Notes under the pieces: generated by a model
What the model was told of the DNA's origin: nothing
Database searches by the model: none
What the model saw: only the letters and a program-made list of their open reading frames with translations
Translations under genes and position numbers: made by a program
NCBI RefSeq assembly: GCF_009914755.1
Contig: NC_060926.1
DNA length: 64,000 bases
Strand: one strand, 5' to 3'
Origin: the human T2T-CHM13v2.0 reference genome, Homo sapiens
Shown here: positions 24,165 to 38,447 of the stretch, piece by piece
How the letters are laid out: every line of letters starts with the position of its first letter
How positions within the stretch are numbered: the stretch's first letter is position 1

Positions 24165-27100
24165 TACTATTGTTAATGGAGATAATGTTCCTTTCTAGCC
24201 ATTTGTTTTCAAATAAGTAGAAGTAAATAAAAAATAATCACACACAAATATGTATAATATAAATTCCTTATAGTCTATAATTTAATTTTCTATAACATAA
24301 TAGTAGTGTAAACATAAACTTGCCATACATATTTTGCACTTAAGCAAAGTTCAAGAACATAAAATGTTAAAATTATCCTAAAAAAGAATGTGTAACTGTA
24401 TGAAACCTGAGCTAAATCCTACTAAAAAAATAGGTATAAACTTCAGAGGGAGTATTTTGTTTCTTTTATATCTGGATATGTTATACAATAATTAGGCAGT
24501 TAAATGTTTTAAATTTGATCTAAGATAGGTTAATTGCTTTTCCTAAGTTGCTGGTAAGTAGACATAAATGCATCAATTCACATTACCTTTTTAAAAAACC
24601 GGTGATAAACAAAAAACTGCAATTGCCTACCTAAAAAAGTGATCCTGTCTCCACTTTAGCAAAGGAAGTTGAATTTCTGATTTCTCAATTTTGTTTGTTA
24701 CCTAAGTTCAAACAGCAAGCACTCAATATCAATCTCTGGCCATTTTATATAAAGAAATGCAAACAACAATTAGGTCATACAGTGATTGATCCCCTGAAGG
24801 ACAAATGATGTCAGGCAGTATTTATGCACCAAAATTATTTCAATTTTGCTTACTTTTCCAGCAATCCACCTTGATGTCAACTACCATTTAGCTGGGCCAA
24901 TAATATTGATATTTGATGTCAGTTCTTATTCATTACTGCACCAAGATGATGCATAAGTCAAAACTTTTAGATGTGTGGTGAAAAACACTAAAGCAGGTTC
25001 TGTCTATCCAAGGAAATTGGAAACAACAATAGAATATAAAATTAAGGCATATGTAATCTCCATTTTTATTTTAGAAAATATTTAAATTATGTCAATATTC
25101 CTACATATTCAAAAAATAATTTTATATCTCAAGCCCATCCTATACTATGTGATTTTTTAAACTAAATATTTTATGAAATTAACTTTTTGCCTTAATACTT
25201 TTTGTACTTTGGAAAGAAAATAATTTCTAGTAAAAAGTGAAACGCTTTAAAAAAGTAAAGCAAAAGAAAAGCATTTGTATAAGCAGCCATTAAAAAAATT
25301 AATTAGAATATAAGGTAACTATAATAAATTAATAGAAGTATTCTATCTTTATTTCTACTTTGTTTTGGTGTTAGAAATCTAATACTGTAAATGACTACAG
25401 ATAAAAATGATACATTTAAGATTCTATTGCACCACCCCCAAATTTTAACCTCCAATCACTCCTTATAGTCAAATGGAGTTCATTTCATACATTTGTCATT
25501 TTGTTGATGGGTCTATGAAAATTGAAAGCAACATAATTATGTCATATTTCTTGACATTTCCTCTTTGACCAAAAAAAATCAATCGTTTGTTTTCTATATA
25601 TGTATCTTTGGATAACTTTAAAACCTTTTGGCATATATGAAAACAGTTCAGTAGTGAAATTTCTACTTAGCAACCCTTTACATCAACTGTGTCCTGGCAC
25701 TAATCTAAATAGTGAGAGTTCAGCAATGAAAAATACCAAGTCCTGTCCTCAGGAACCTTATATTCTCTTAATAATCAGAGACAATAAACCAGTAAATAAG
25801 TGAATAATCTCAGGAATATGAAGTGCTACCTATCAAGAATCAATCAGGTAGAAAACAGCAATAAGGTGAGAGTTGGGGCTTAAAATGCAATGATCAGAGA
25901 GAGATTCTCTGAGAGAATAAAGAAATCCTAAAAGTTCTGAAGGAAGATAACTCAAGCATAGGCAATAAGAGAGGCCAAGTTCCTGAAGTGGTGACAACAT
26001 GGTCCCGTGGAGGAATAGCAAAATCGGGACACATAGAGTGAACTAGGAATAGATTAAACAGGTGGAATATCTTGAATCATATAGATAACTGATTGGTAAT
26101 GTCACCTATACAAAGATAACCCAGCTATGAGAAGTTTGTAATGGATTTTTTTATGTGACTAATACCTTAAGTTTTTTTAACCCTAGAATTCTTAGCATAA
26201 TTCTCAGTATAGAAGCACTAATCAATAAATATTCATTGACTAGGAAGTGTCAGAAAGTCACTGTAGGTCAGAACTGAAGGGATATTTAAGAGGACATAGG
26301 ACCATGTTTGCTGTGACACAACAAAATTTATTTTCTATCATTGATTTTAAATTTTATTTTGAAATTTAATATACTTTGCAGACTCCCCATGATTGTTTTG
26401 AGCATATGACTGCCAAAACTAGTTCAAAATATTTTATTTTTTTATAAGAAATAATGTCACTGATCAGGATATTTGACCACTCAGACAACTGGTCTTCCAA
26501 TACAGTAAAATCTCATTTAAACAGGTTTCACAGTACGAAATTGTTCTAAGTAACGTGAAAATATCAACATAAAATGATACACTCCTCTCTAATTAGGATT
26601 TATTATAGCCAGTCTTAATTTGCATGTGATTTAAAAAGTATAAAAAACTACATGTATGATAAACAGCATGAATTTTTAAGATTGTTTTACATAACAGGGA
26701 TAATGTCTAATGCATGAAACATTGTTTTTGAAGCACATAATTAGAGCAAAAATAATTGTCACACCAATTTACTCATAAGCACAATTACAAGAAAACTTGA
26801 TTATCCCCTTTAATGTAATTTTCCCCACTTAATTGTATGTTGGTGGATGAATGTGACCCTGTGAGTCCATACTTGAAGAAGTGACTGCTAGTTAACATGC
26901 AAAACCACGGGCAGAACAAGAGAGTCTGCCCTTTCTCTGGAAGAGATTTAATTTGTATACCAAGTGGCTCTGCAGGGAAACTGTTTTAAAAGGTACATCT
27001 TCCAGCAGGATGGGCTGGAATTTCCTGGAGCACCTTTCACCTTGCCCTTGGGCTGTCATGTGCATCATCACCTTGCTCTGCCATTTACTCAATAGCTAGA

Positions 27101-27862
27101 CCTAAACACTCAACAGTTTTCTAACTAAAGGAATTTAATCTGCTACCTAGATTGCATTCAGAAACCTAAATTCATTGAATTTTTTTCTGAAACCATTCAA
27201 GTTTTTATATATGTTTTCTTTTTTTTTAAGATTTAGCAAATATTCCCTGACTTGTTATTTGGGTGGTTGTGAAGTGAAAGAACCTTTTGTTTCTAACTTT
27301 AATACCTGGTTGCATTTAGATCCCTTATTCCACCTGAGCTGGAGAAAGTTAGGACCACAGAGAATCTTAAGTATACACTCTGTTTCTTTTTCATGAGGCT
27401 TGATACTGGAATTGGCTGCAGTCATTTAAAATGTTCTCTTTTTAGTCTGAGGGATAGAATTTTTTTCTAAGGAATAGCTGGTTTTCAATTTTTACAGACT
27501 GAAATACAAAGTTATGAAATAAATCAAGTCATTACATTATGAATTGCTTTTCTATCATGTTATGTTTTGTATACCTAAAATGGTAAAAACAGACTTTTTT
27601 GGATGTGTGAGGTTGTAACTTCGCCCTCTCCAGGGTATTATGGATACAATTCCATATCTTCAAAGAAATATGATTGTTTTACTAGTGAAAAAAAATGTAG
27701 AATTTCTAAGAAAAAATAAGGCTAGCAAACAGAAGGACAGTCTGTTAGAAATAATTCTTAAAAAGGCTCTACATTTTAGTTAAATATATATAGCTCCACC
27801 CTGTAATCTGTTTTTATAAATCAAATTATAGATTTTGGATATTTTATCAAGTCACTTCAATA

Positions 27863-28590
27863 TGAAGTACAGGAAGAAAGATATGGCACCTTTCCTCACC
27901 CATCTTAAGGATCATAGCCAAAAGTCCTGTAACAAAAGACAGGTTAACAAGGGAAAAGTATAACAAATGTATTTAATCAGGGTTTTACTTGACATGGGAG
28001 CCTTCAGGAATGAAAACTTAAAAGACCCGGGGAAAATTGTCTATTTTGATGCTTAGATTTAATGAAGAATGGACAATCACGTAGAAATGTGATTGGGCAA
28101 AAGAATATAATCTAATGGTAATAGACCGAGGGAAGAAATCCAGTAAGGCCTGACTTTCTTTTCCTTCCTTCTTTCCTTCCTTCCTTCCTTCCTTCCTTCC
28201 TTCCTTCCTTCCTTTTTTTTTTTTTTTTTTTTTTGGCGTTTCTGTATAGCATTTCTTTCACCTGGCAATGGGGCAGGTCCCACCTCGAATCACGTCTTCA
28301 AAATAGAAGAGATGGAGTGAGCTTGCTAGGCTTTACGGAGAAGGGAGAAGGGAGAAGGGATGGATTGAGCTTCCTAGGTTTTATGGCTTTCTTTGGGGGA
28401 GAGAAGTTTCCGTTTCTATGACTCGCCTTAGGGAAGAGGAGTTCTGGTTTCTATGACTCATTCATGGGAGAAGGAGGGTCGGAAGACAGGAAGGTGGAGA
28501 AGGTCAGAGGCCCTTCCAATTTCCTTCATTTCAAAGTATTCAGCACACCAAGGAGCCATACTTCAGGGTGTCGTGTTCTGAGCTCCAACA
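27863..28590 (-). mobile_element. ERV1 solo LTR of the MER39/MER34 group
   Basis: Sense start tgttggagctcagaacacgacaccctgaagtatgg; aaaagacaggttaacaagggaaaag..atttaat region near the 3' end. Confidence 0.7.
28154..28234 (+). repeat. (TTCC)n followed by T22
   Basis: About 80 nt of uninterrupted pyrimidines. Confidence 0.95.
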
Positions 28591-30899
28591 GTGGCAACAG
28601 CCAGGCCTGGTTTATGGTCATCAACATGAATCTTGGTATTGTAAACATTATGATGACACAACCCTATTCATATATTATCAACTTTATGTATATAATGGAA
28701 CTTCTCTGAATTTATGTGACTGTACTTATGCACATATTAAGAGAAAATAAATCCATTGCAGGTTATCCCAGCAATGTTATTGCAGTGAGCACTATATTAA
28801 TCAATAATAATTAGCTACTTTAAAAGACTCTTGCCAAATTGAGGAACACCTTAGGTTACTATCACAATAAATAAACAGATCTTACAGATTGTGTATCTAC
28901 ATCATGTAATATCTTCTGCAATGATCAAACAGCAAAAGTACATTGTTGTTAACAATAGTAATTAACACATTGCTCTCATCTTTGCTAGATGATTTGTTTT
29001 ATTTCTCTATGGTGTATAAAACATACATATATATTTTTAAAAGGATTATCCCCAAGTACTTAAGAAATGATTATTTTGAAATTACTAGAAATCTGAAGTT
29101 GTAAATTTTTTGTAGTAAGTTCTCTGTAAGTGTTTGTGAAACTGAATTCAGTAGATAAAAATATTTTTTCCCACAAGGGAAAAGAAATAGATTTGATGGA
29201 ATTTTGCAGTTTGCCACTATGTCAGCTGCTAATATGGACATTCAGGATTCCAAATCCCTCTTTGACCTCTAATCACTGCTGCAGAAATCTAGTGCTTCTC
29301 TAATTGTCAATCCCTGCCCTCTGCCTTTCATATCTTGGAGAATATAAAAGGACTGACTTCCTCCCTGGATAAAGGACAACAGATTAATGAAATTAAGTGT
29401 CTGCCTCATTAAAATTGTCATCCCTGGTTTACTATTTCAAGTGCAGTATCAACTGTGGCTAGCTTTTACTCTTCAGGGGGTCCAGTGATGTTCAGTTTCT
29501 TATGTAAATTTATGCAAAAACTACTCCAACAATATCACATGCTGTTCCTTTCAAACCCCAAAAGGAATGCTGTGTTTCTTTATCTGGTAGATGGAAAGAG
29601 CAGAGTGGGAGTGAGCTGAGTTACAGGTTAACAAACAGAATACTGGTCTATCCAAGGAGGAGGAGAGTTTGGAAGGAAAACACAATATTTATTTTCAATT
29701 GTGTTAAATCAAAGATTCACCTGTATGTATTTCATTTTTATCTGTAAATATTTCCAAAATGTAAATTTACATGGCAATGCATTTTATTTTGTTTAGGAGG
29801 ATTACAAATTAGCCAGGATGATTCCATAGCTCATGAAGATCTAGAATCATGTCTTACCCTTTTCCCTACTGCATCAGTCCTGTCCTCTTCCTCACCACAC
29901 ACCCTCACCCGGCACTAGGCCATTCTGGCAGGGAAAGCTTGTCTGGGTGATACTTAATGAATGACTAATCATGTTTTCAAAACTCTTTATAAAAGAAGTT
30001 TCATCATCTTAAAGTATGTACAAATTTCTTTGGTCAGTTTGTTATAACAAAATAAAAAGTAGACCAGTGGTGAGATAGAAACAGACTGTTCTAGAAAAAA
30101 GGGTGGGTTAGAGCAGCTTGATTAAATGTATTAAAAAGTGGTAGAATTTAGTATTTGGCAAATTGATATTTTAAAGCACTTAAATGTCCTTTAATTCTCA
30201 AGTTGAATCACCCATCATCATGGGTTGTTTTAGGAAGTAAAATTATCAGTGTAGGCTTCATTCAAATGTAAATAACTATGGCATAAGTGCCTCATTTAAA
30301 AATAGTTGTTCAGAAGAAAATAAGCTGACGGGCAGGGGGAAAACCTCTCAAGTTATAATCATTTCAGGAAAGTACATCCTGTGTATATGTCTATCTGTGT
30401 GTATGTGAATTGCCCAGTTGGGTGGCCACATTAATTGTGCATATGTGTCATATTATGATTGCTTTAAGATTGGTTGGGAGAGTTATTGGCATGTTTTAGT
30501 TAAATCTTATATTTCTCAGTTTAATTGAGAAAGCAACAAGAGAGATTTTAAAACTCTAAGCTCTACTCAAGGCTTTTCATTGTCTGGTTATGCTCACTAG
30601 TGAGCCACAACCTTCTCCACTGTCCCCTAACCCTTCTTATATTTACCCTCAACTTTGGCCAGTTCCAAGATTGCTGTGCCAAAATCGATTAATATGCATC
30701 CAAATTGAATGAAAACACTCCAAAGAAATATCTTTAATCTGATTTACATATGAATTTATTCCTGTCTTCTTATCTAACGGATTTCAATTCAACCAGATTT
30801 AGTTTCAGATCCCAACTATCACTTACCAGTTGTGTGAATTAGAAGTAGCCTAAATTTTCTCATATGTAATATGGTGATATTACCTAGTGCCTCATAAAT

Positions 30900-31655
30900 T
30901 CATCAAGTTTACCTTGTTGGATGCTAGATATTTTGTATTTTTACAAATAGTCTTGAACTTTGTTCTGGAATGCTGTCAAGTTACTTAGAAACTGGTTAGT
31001 ACTTCCAGATTTGTTAGGTGGGAAAGGAGCAGTGCTCAAACTAGGGCTAATTACTTCCCCGCTACTAAAGCGGGGAAGTACCCCTTCTTTGTCTTCTAAT
31101 CTACCCAGTGACCTCAAATCTTGAAATTTTTCATTCTGTCTGTTAGGGCAGTCCTCACTTTCCCAGTGTAATCTGAACATCTTTTCGTGTTCCCTCTAAT
31201 CATTTCAGGTAGTTCTTCCTAGGCCCCTAAGTAATTTCCTCACAGTCATATGCCAATCATTACTGAGCTAAATACTAGAGGAGGTTTCTCTGCAGATCTC
31301 CAGGGTTTTCTCTGTGCAACTCTCACCTCACCTCTTCTGTACACTCTGCCTCGCAAATTCTACCTGCCTTGGCATCCCTGGACCCTCAGCTTCGTTTCTT
31401 TAATTAGGGAGTCTGCTGTGCTTTGTTTCAGTTCCCTGTCCTTGTGTTATGGGATAGAAATCGTCAAGGTAGTATGTCAACGTAGTCTTCTCTGGCTGAC
31501 TTCATTCGTTTTCATCTCTTGATGATTATTGCCCTTTGTTACCTAATATGCAGTGTCTTGTAAACCATTGTTTTCTATATTTTGTCCAGGTTTTTGGTTG
31601 TTTCAGGCAGGAGGATATACCTGATCCCTTTGACTCCATTGTGACTGGAAGTCTT
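30900..31655 (-). mobile_element. Old L1M (L1MC/ME) 5' end
   Basis: aaaccattgttttctatattttgtccaggtttttggttgtttcaggcaggagg...actccattgtgactggaagt, reverse old-L1 5' terminus. Confidence 0.65.
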
Positions 31656-32081
31656 TTTTAGCATCTGTTTTTAAGTGTCAACAGATTTCACCAGAAGATA
31701 TGCAATTGTAATAATAATAGCATTATTTTTAACATTTATAGTTAGCCCTTCCTCCTATACAAAATAAAAGTTGGCAGTATGTTTGAAGAAGACCTTAATT
31801 ATAGTTCTGCTTGGACCATGAATTTCATGCGAAGGCTTAGACAAATCCCTTAATTTCTCAAGACTTTACTTTTCTATTCCATGGAATACTTTGATCTGGA
31901 CAACTTTTATATTATCTTTCAGAAATATATTGATAATCACTAACATTTTCCTTTTGAAATTGAGAAAAACTATAGACTATGAATGCATGACTTATAAGGC
32001 TTTTTAGAGAAGCAAGGATTTATTTTCAACACCTGGTTTTTCTGAACTCTGAAAGATTCTTTGTGACTCAATACTTACCGG

Positions 32082-32603
32082 TATTAACAAAAAACCATGA
32101 GATCTGTAGAGGAGAAAAGAAGAGCTTTATTTTCTTAACAATAATCTCAAATTGGGGAGGCATAGCCTACAATACAAGTGAGCGTGCCTTCCAATGAACA
32201 AAGTGGGGGTCTGGCTTCAACAGAGAAAATTCTCACCCCAGTTCTCAACCAAATCCATTTATGCAAATGAAGCATTCAAACTTATTCAGTTCTGATTGGT
32301 TGAAATAGATAAGCCCTGATTGGCAAGCTTCCAAGCCCCAAACTGGAAGTCTCTAGCAGCCGGTGTGAGAGTTTGAGGGTCGTGGCCACAGTTTATCTTG
32401 ACAACAACAGAAACTGGTTTGGATTAATCACAGAAAGGGAGGTTTTGTGACACTTTTACAACACCTTTCTGAGAACATGGAGTACTTTCTGAGAACACAG
32501 CTCCCTCACTTGGCTGTGGCCACCTGGTTCTGTATTAACTTTGAGAACCTCAGTCAGCCATGAAGACTTCATTTTGTCTGTTGGCCAGAGGCATGCTTTA
32601 ACA
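32082..32603 (-). mobile_element. ERV1-class solo LTR, subfamily uncertain
   Basis: Sense start tgttaaagcatgcc..acagacaaaatg; CCAAT boxes (ctgattgg twice); reverse AATAAA at ~32125; flanks ccgg/ctag fit a CpG-decayed 4-bp TSD. Confidence 0.65.
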
Positions 32604-33289
32604 CTAGCAAACACCACAGCAAACCTGAGATCTTTCTTCTGACATACAGAGTGATGCCAAACTGTAAAAATTTAACACCACTCGCTCTTCAGATGTGGAG
32701 TAGTAAGCTTCAATTTTTACTTCATATCTCTTTGGTTTTATTTCTTCATATTCCAGAAACCCTACTGCCCTGCTTTGACATTACAGTATGTTACTATGTA
32801 AATATATCAAAAGATATTGCTGCAATGTGACAAGTCACATCGGCAGAAAACACCAAGGGCCTATAAGACAAAGATCTCATACATGAATATCTGAAATAAT
32901 GCCAATAATGACACTGAAAATGAAGTAAACTCACATGAGAGTCAGAACATTTTTTTAGTGCTTTTAGAAGAGGCTCACTGCCAGAGGGAGAATGCATCAA
33001 TTTCATATGCCATGTAAGGAACTTCCATTTCTCCTTGAATAAAACGTTAGTTTCAAAAATTGTCTTTAGAGTAGAAAGACTCTCTGTGATTTATTAAACC
33101 TTCTTCTCCCCTTCACCTTCAGAAATCCACTAATTTTGCATCGTATTTGGCAGCCAGGAAGTTGGGCCAGTCTATATTCAATTCCTTCAGGACTGTGCTT
33201 TCAATTTGGCATCTGCAAAATAAGCATTATGCTAGGTGTCGTGGGAGATTCAAACAAGTAAAGATCTAGTCCTTTTTCTTGATAAACTA

Positions 33290-33543
33290 GGCTAGGTGTG
33301 GTAGCTCAAACTTCTGAGAGTTTGACAACAGTCTGAGAAACACAGCGAGACCCCATCTCTACCAAAAAAAAGTAGCTGGGCATATTGGCATGCACCTGTG
33401 GTCCTAGTTGCTTCGGGAAGTTGAAGTGGGAGGATGGCTTGAGAGCAGGAGTTTGAGATTACAGTGAGCTGTGATCATGCCACTGTACTCCAACCTGGGT
33501 GACAGAGCAAGACCCTAACTCAAAATTAAAAAAAAAAAAAAAA
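33290..33543 (+). mobile_element. AluJ with partly deleted left arm
   Basis: gggaggatggcttgag..caggagtttgag..tacagtgagctgtgat, poly(A). Confidence 0.85.
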
Positions 33544-33633
33544 TCAAACTCTATCCACAAAGTAGGTAACTATTTGTTTGTATAAGGTAACATGTTATAA
33601 GTGCCAAAAGTGGCTAACTAAAAGTCAGTGGAG

Positions 33634-34275
33634 AAAACTTATATTTACACAAAAACCTCCACATAGAGTAGCTTTATTCATAACTGTGAAAACTTGGAAG
33701 CAACCAAAATGTCCTCCAGTAGGTGAATTGATAGAGAAAGTATGGTACATCCAGACAATGGAATGTTACTCGGGACTTAAAAAAAAAAATGAACTATTAA
33801 GCCATGAAAAGAGATGGCATAAACTTAAATGCACATTACTAAGTGAAATAGCCACTCTAAAATGGCTACATACTGTATGACTCCAACTATGTGACATTCT
33901 GGAAAAGGCAAAACTGTAGAAACAGTAAAAAGATCAGTGGTTGCCAGGGGCTGGAGGGAGGGAGGGATGAATAGACAGGGCATAGACAATTTTTAGGGTG
34001 GTGAAAATACTCTTATAATGATGGTTACACTTGTCTAAACCCATAGAACGTACACCACCAAGAGTGAACCCTAATGTAAACTGTGAGCTTTGGATGATGA
34101 AGATGTGCTAATGTAGGTTCACCAATTGTAACAAGTGTACCACTCTGGTGGCAGATATTGCTAGTGTGAGATGCTATGCATGTGTAGGGGAGACAGGACA
34201 TATGAGAAATCTTCATACTTTCCTCTTAATTTTGCTCAGAACCTAAACCTGCTCTAAAAAAAATAAAGACTTTAA
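33634..34275 (+). mobile_element. L1MC1-like 3' end
   Basis: aaaacttggaagcaacc...tgacattctggaaaaggcaaaact...ccaagagtgaaccctaatgtaaact...aacctaaacctgctctaaaaa. Confidence 0.85.
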
Positions 34276-34446
34276 AAATAATCAGTGGGTATATCGGGTA
34301 TAATTCTTGAAAGAGTTCTATTGCAAATATGAGAAGTTTTGCTTTGACTTTCCAGGTATGGAAATAATGATTCATTCATTCATTTGTTCAAATATTTACT
34401 AAGTATATAATATAAACCCAAAACTGAATGTGTAAATGATCTGGAA

Positions 34447-34633
34447 CAGTACTGTCCAATAGAACTTTCTGTAATAAAAAGATGATTTTTAATCTAAAAT
34501 GTCCAATGTGATAGGTGCTAGCTACATGAGGAGATTTTTAACTAATTAAAAATAAGTAAAACTGAAACTTCAGTTCCTCAGTTGCTGTAGTTACATTTAA
34601 AGTACTCAGTAGCCACATGTATTAAACAATGGT
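34447..34633. mobile_element. MER3-like hAT-Charlie MITE within L2
   Basis: cagtactgtccaatagaactttctg...tactcagtagccacatgt. Confidence 0.7.
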
Positions 34634-34970
34634 CTAGAATGAAAAGACGGGCATGTATATAAGAGATTGCAGTTTTGTAACATGAATTTATGGAAGCAAC
34701 AGAAGGAATACATTGTGTCACTTAGAGGACTTTAGAAGAAGTTGTGTTGGAGCCAAGTTTTAAGAATGGTTGATATTTACCAGAAAAATAAATAAGGAAT
34801 GAGTATCCCAGTCAGTGGAAACTAAGAAGAAAAGCATGAGGACTTGGTGCATTTGAGGAATAGCCAATAGAGTAACATATGGGGAAATTTAAGGAAGATG
34901 ATAGGCAGGAAGGAGGCAGGTCAAATTTACATTTGAGAGTCTCAAATTTGCATTTAAAAATGACTGTCAT

Positions 34971-35299
<329 letters not shown>

Positions 35300-35304
35300 T
35301 TAGC

Positions 35305-35518
35305 ATAGAGCAAGGTTTGGCAATACTGATTTTATGGACTGGTAATTCCCTGTTGGAGGTGGGGGCTATTTCGTGCATTATAAGACTTTTATCAGCATCC
35401 CTGGCCTCCATCAACTGAATTCCAGGGGCACTTTCTAGTTGCGAAATCAAAGATGTCTCTGGACATTGCCAGAAGTCCTCTGGGAAGAAAAAATCACCTC
35501 TATTTGAGAAACTTTGCT
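35305..35518 (+). mobile_element. MER20 hAT-Charlie element
   Basis: cagcatccctggcctc...atgtctctggacattgcca...aaaatcacc..ttgagaa. Confidence 0.8.
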
Positions 35519-35536
35519 GTAAAAATGGCCTTCCAA

Positions 35537-35838
<302 letters not shown>

Positions 35839-35844
35839 AAAATG

Positions 35845-36230
35845 GCCTGCAAAGATAGAGGGTTGAAGTGAGGAAGTTCACTGCATGTGTCCCAGTGTGA
35901 GTTGATGACAGGCTAAAATAAGGGATTTTTGGAGGCAAATTTCAACTGAATAGAATTGGAAAGGAAAGAGATGGAGAATGGGATAAAAAGCTCTGGTGAT
36001 TGCCTGGAGTTTGGATCCTTTTGTTGAAATGGAAAGTGCAGCAGAAGGCTCAAGTTGAGGAAAAGATTAATTTGGCTTTGAACAGGATGACATTGAGGTA
36101 CGTGGGGAACTTCCAAGTGAGAAATGCTATCAGTAGTTGGAAATAAAGACCTGGAATTTAAGAGAGAGTTGTGAATTGGAGATGTAGATTCAAGAGTCAT
36201 AAACATCTTAATATTAGTTGAAATCATGGG
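35845..36230 (-). mobile_element. L2 fragment, continuing 34370-34960
   Basis: ttggagatgtagatt..agagtcat..acat...gttgaaatcatggga. Confidence 0.65.
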
Positions 36231-36369
36231 AATACTCCTTTGTGCTTCCAGCAGTCTGGACTTAATGACGACTCATAGTTTCTGACTGATCTCCAAATCC
36301 ACGCTTTTTGAATCAATTCAACACATAGCACCTGTTCTTTCCTGATTTCATATATGAAAAGACTTTGAA

Positions 36370-36735
36370 GTCTACACTGGCCTATTTACTGTTAGCGCTT
36401 CTGCCTCAGGGCCCTTGATCTTGCTCTTCCCTCTTCCTGAATCACTCTTCATTCTCACAGCACAACTTGGCCCCACAAATCCATTAGGTCTTAATTCAAA
36501 GGTCACACATTCCTAGTCTTGACAGGCTATTTGTATTTCAACACCCTGTCTGCCAAACATTCCTTGTCTACATTTTTAAAAATTCTCCATAGCTTTTAAC
36601 ATTTAACATACCACATATTTTACTGATTTATTTAATTTATTGTATGTTTCTTTACAGAAGCATGCCCGTTCCGTGAGGCTTGTCCACCACCTAAAATCGG
36701 CACAGGCTCCATAAATATTTGTTTGATGAATGAAG
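36370..36735 (+). mobile_element. L2 3' end
   Basis: ctgcctcagggcccttg..cttgctcttccctct..ctgaa...ataaatatttgtttgatgaatgaa. Confidence 0.7.
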
Positions 36736-37639
36736 AGATAGGTTTTCTATAGAATGAGGCAAATTTGCCCGAATTCAGTCAACCTCTTACTTATAACAAA
36801 CTTGAGTACCACAAGAAAGCAATCTTCACTTGTTTTTCAGGATCTCAGAGACACAGTCTTGCACTAGATAATACCTTCTTAACTTACTGAGACTAGTGGC
36901 CTTCAACATTCCCTTTAACGTATCGATATTTATGTACAAAACACATAAGAACTTTTTTTACATCATATGTAAAATTTACATTCCTCAGTGTGAGCTCCAG
37001 AAACTTTGGAATTTTTACACATTGTTAACCTCATCATTAATTCACCACATTCCCCATGGAGTAGTATGTTAATTTCTGCTTTGTGCTCTGACATTGTGCC
37101 GTTTTCGATAAAAATGACACCTTCCTGCCTTCTCTTCCCTATTATTTGTCCATAATCTTCATCTATCTAAAACATTACATTTCCAGAAAGCTGTATTCAC
37201 CTGATGAATTTATCCTAGTGTTCCGCTCCTAGAAGATACTTTCTTAGATTCTACAGTCTTGAATTAGGTGATCAATTTGTATTCTAAACAATACCTACTT
37301 CTAGCATTTAACTCTTCTATTGTAATTGCCTAGTTACTCCTCTCTCTGACAATCAACCAGAAGCTTGTTGAGGTCATATATTAATTGTTTTTCTTCCTCT
37401 TGGTCCAAGCCAGGGTCACAGTAGAGTTCAGTAAATATTAGTTGCTTTATATACATTGTCTTTATTTCTAGTTACTCTTCTGCCTTGTCAATTTAAACAC
37501 CTGCTTGCTTGATTTGTTCTTTGTTAATACATGTGGTACTTGTTGACATGCTCCTAAAGCTCTGTTAGCTGTTTTGGTGTGTTTTACCCCAATAACAAAG
37601 TATGCATGTTTATGCATCTAAGTGGTTTCATGGGTCCCG

Positions 37640-37868
37640 GAGTTCGGATGTCTGACCCCTCCAAATCTCATGTTGAAATTTAATTTCCAGTGTAATGGTG
37701 TTGGAAGGTGGGACCTAGTAAGAGGTGTTTGGGTCATGGGAGCAAATCTCTCATGAATAGATTAATGCCTTCCCTGAGGGAGGGGATGAGTGAGTTTCTA
37801 CTCTTATTTCCCACAAGAGCTGGTTGTTAAAAATAACCTGGAACTTCCTCTATCTCTCTCTCTCTCTG

Positions 37869-37907
<39 letters not shown>

Positions 37908-38040
37908 TGCTTTTCTCTCTTGCCATGTGATCTCTGCACACACTGGCTCCCCTTGCCTTCTGCCATGAAAAGAAGCAGCCTGAAGCCCTCACCAGAAGCA
38001 GATACTGGCGCCATGCTTCTATAGTCTGCCGACTGCAGGA
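37640..38040 (+). mobile_element. MSTB-type LTR lacking its 3' end, with internal (TC)n at 37851-37902
   Basis: ccaaatctcatgttgaaatt...gaggtgtttgggtcatggg...ccctcaccagaagcagatactggcgccatgcttct. Confidence 0.85.
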
Positions 38041-38447
38041 ATATCGGAGGCTGGGCAATTTATAAAGAAAAGAGCTTTGGGTGGCTCACAGTTCTGCATG
38101 TTATACAAGAAGTATGGTGCTGTCATCTGCTTTTGGTTAGGGTTTCAGGGAGCCTCCACTCATGGCAGAAGAGGAAGGGGAGCTGACAGGTAGAGAAGGG
38201 GAGTGTAGCTGTCACATGGTGAGAGAGAGGAAGAGAGAGGGGGTAGTGCCAGGCTGGTTTTAACAAGCAGCTCTCACAGAAACTAGTAGAGTGAGAACTC
38301 ACTCACTACAAGAATGATAACAAACCATTCATGAGTGAGCCACACCTATGACTCAAAAATCTCTCACCATGCCCTACTCTAACACTGGGGATCATATTTC
38401 AACATGAGACTTAGTGGGGCCACACTAACCATATCCAAACCATAGCA
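38041..38447 (-). mobile_element. MSTB-type LTR lacking its last ~35 nt
   Basis: gaggctgggcaatttataaagaaaagag...tttcaacatgagac...atccaaaccatagca. Confidence 0.85.
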
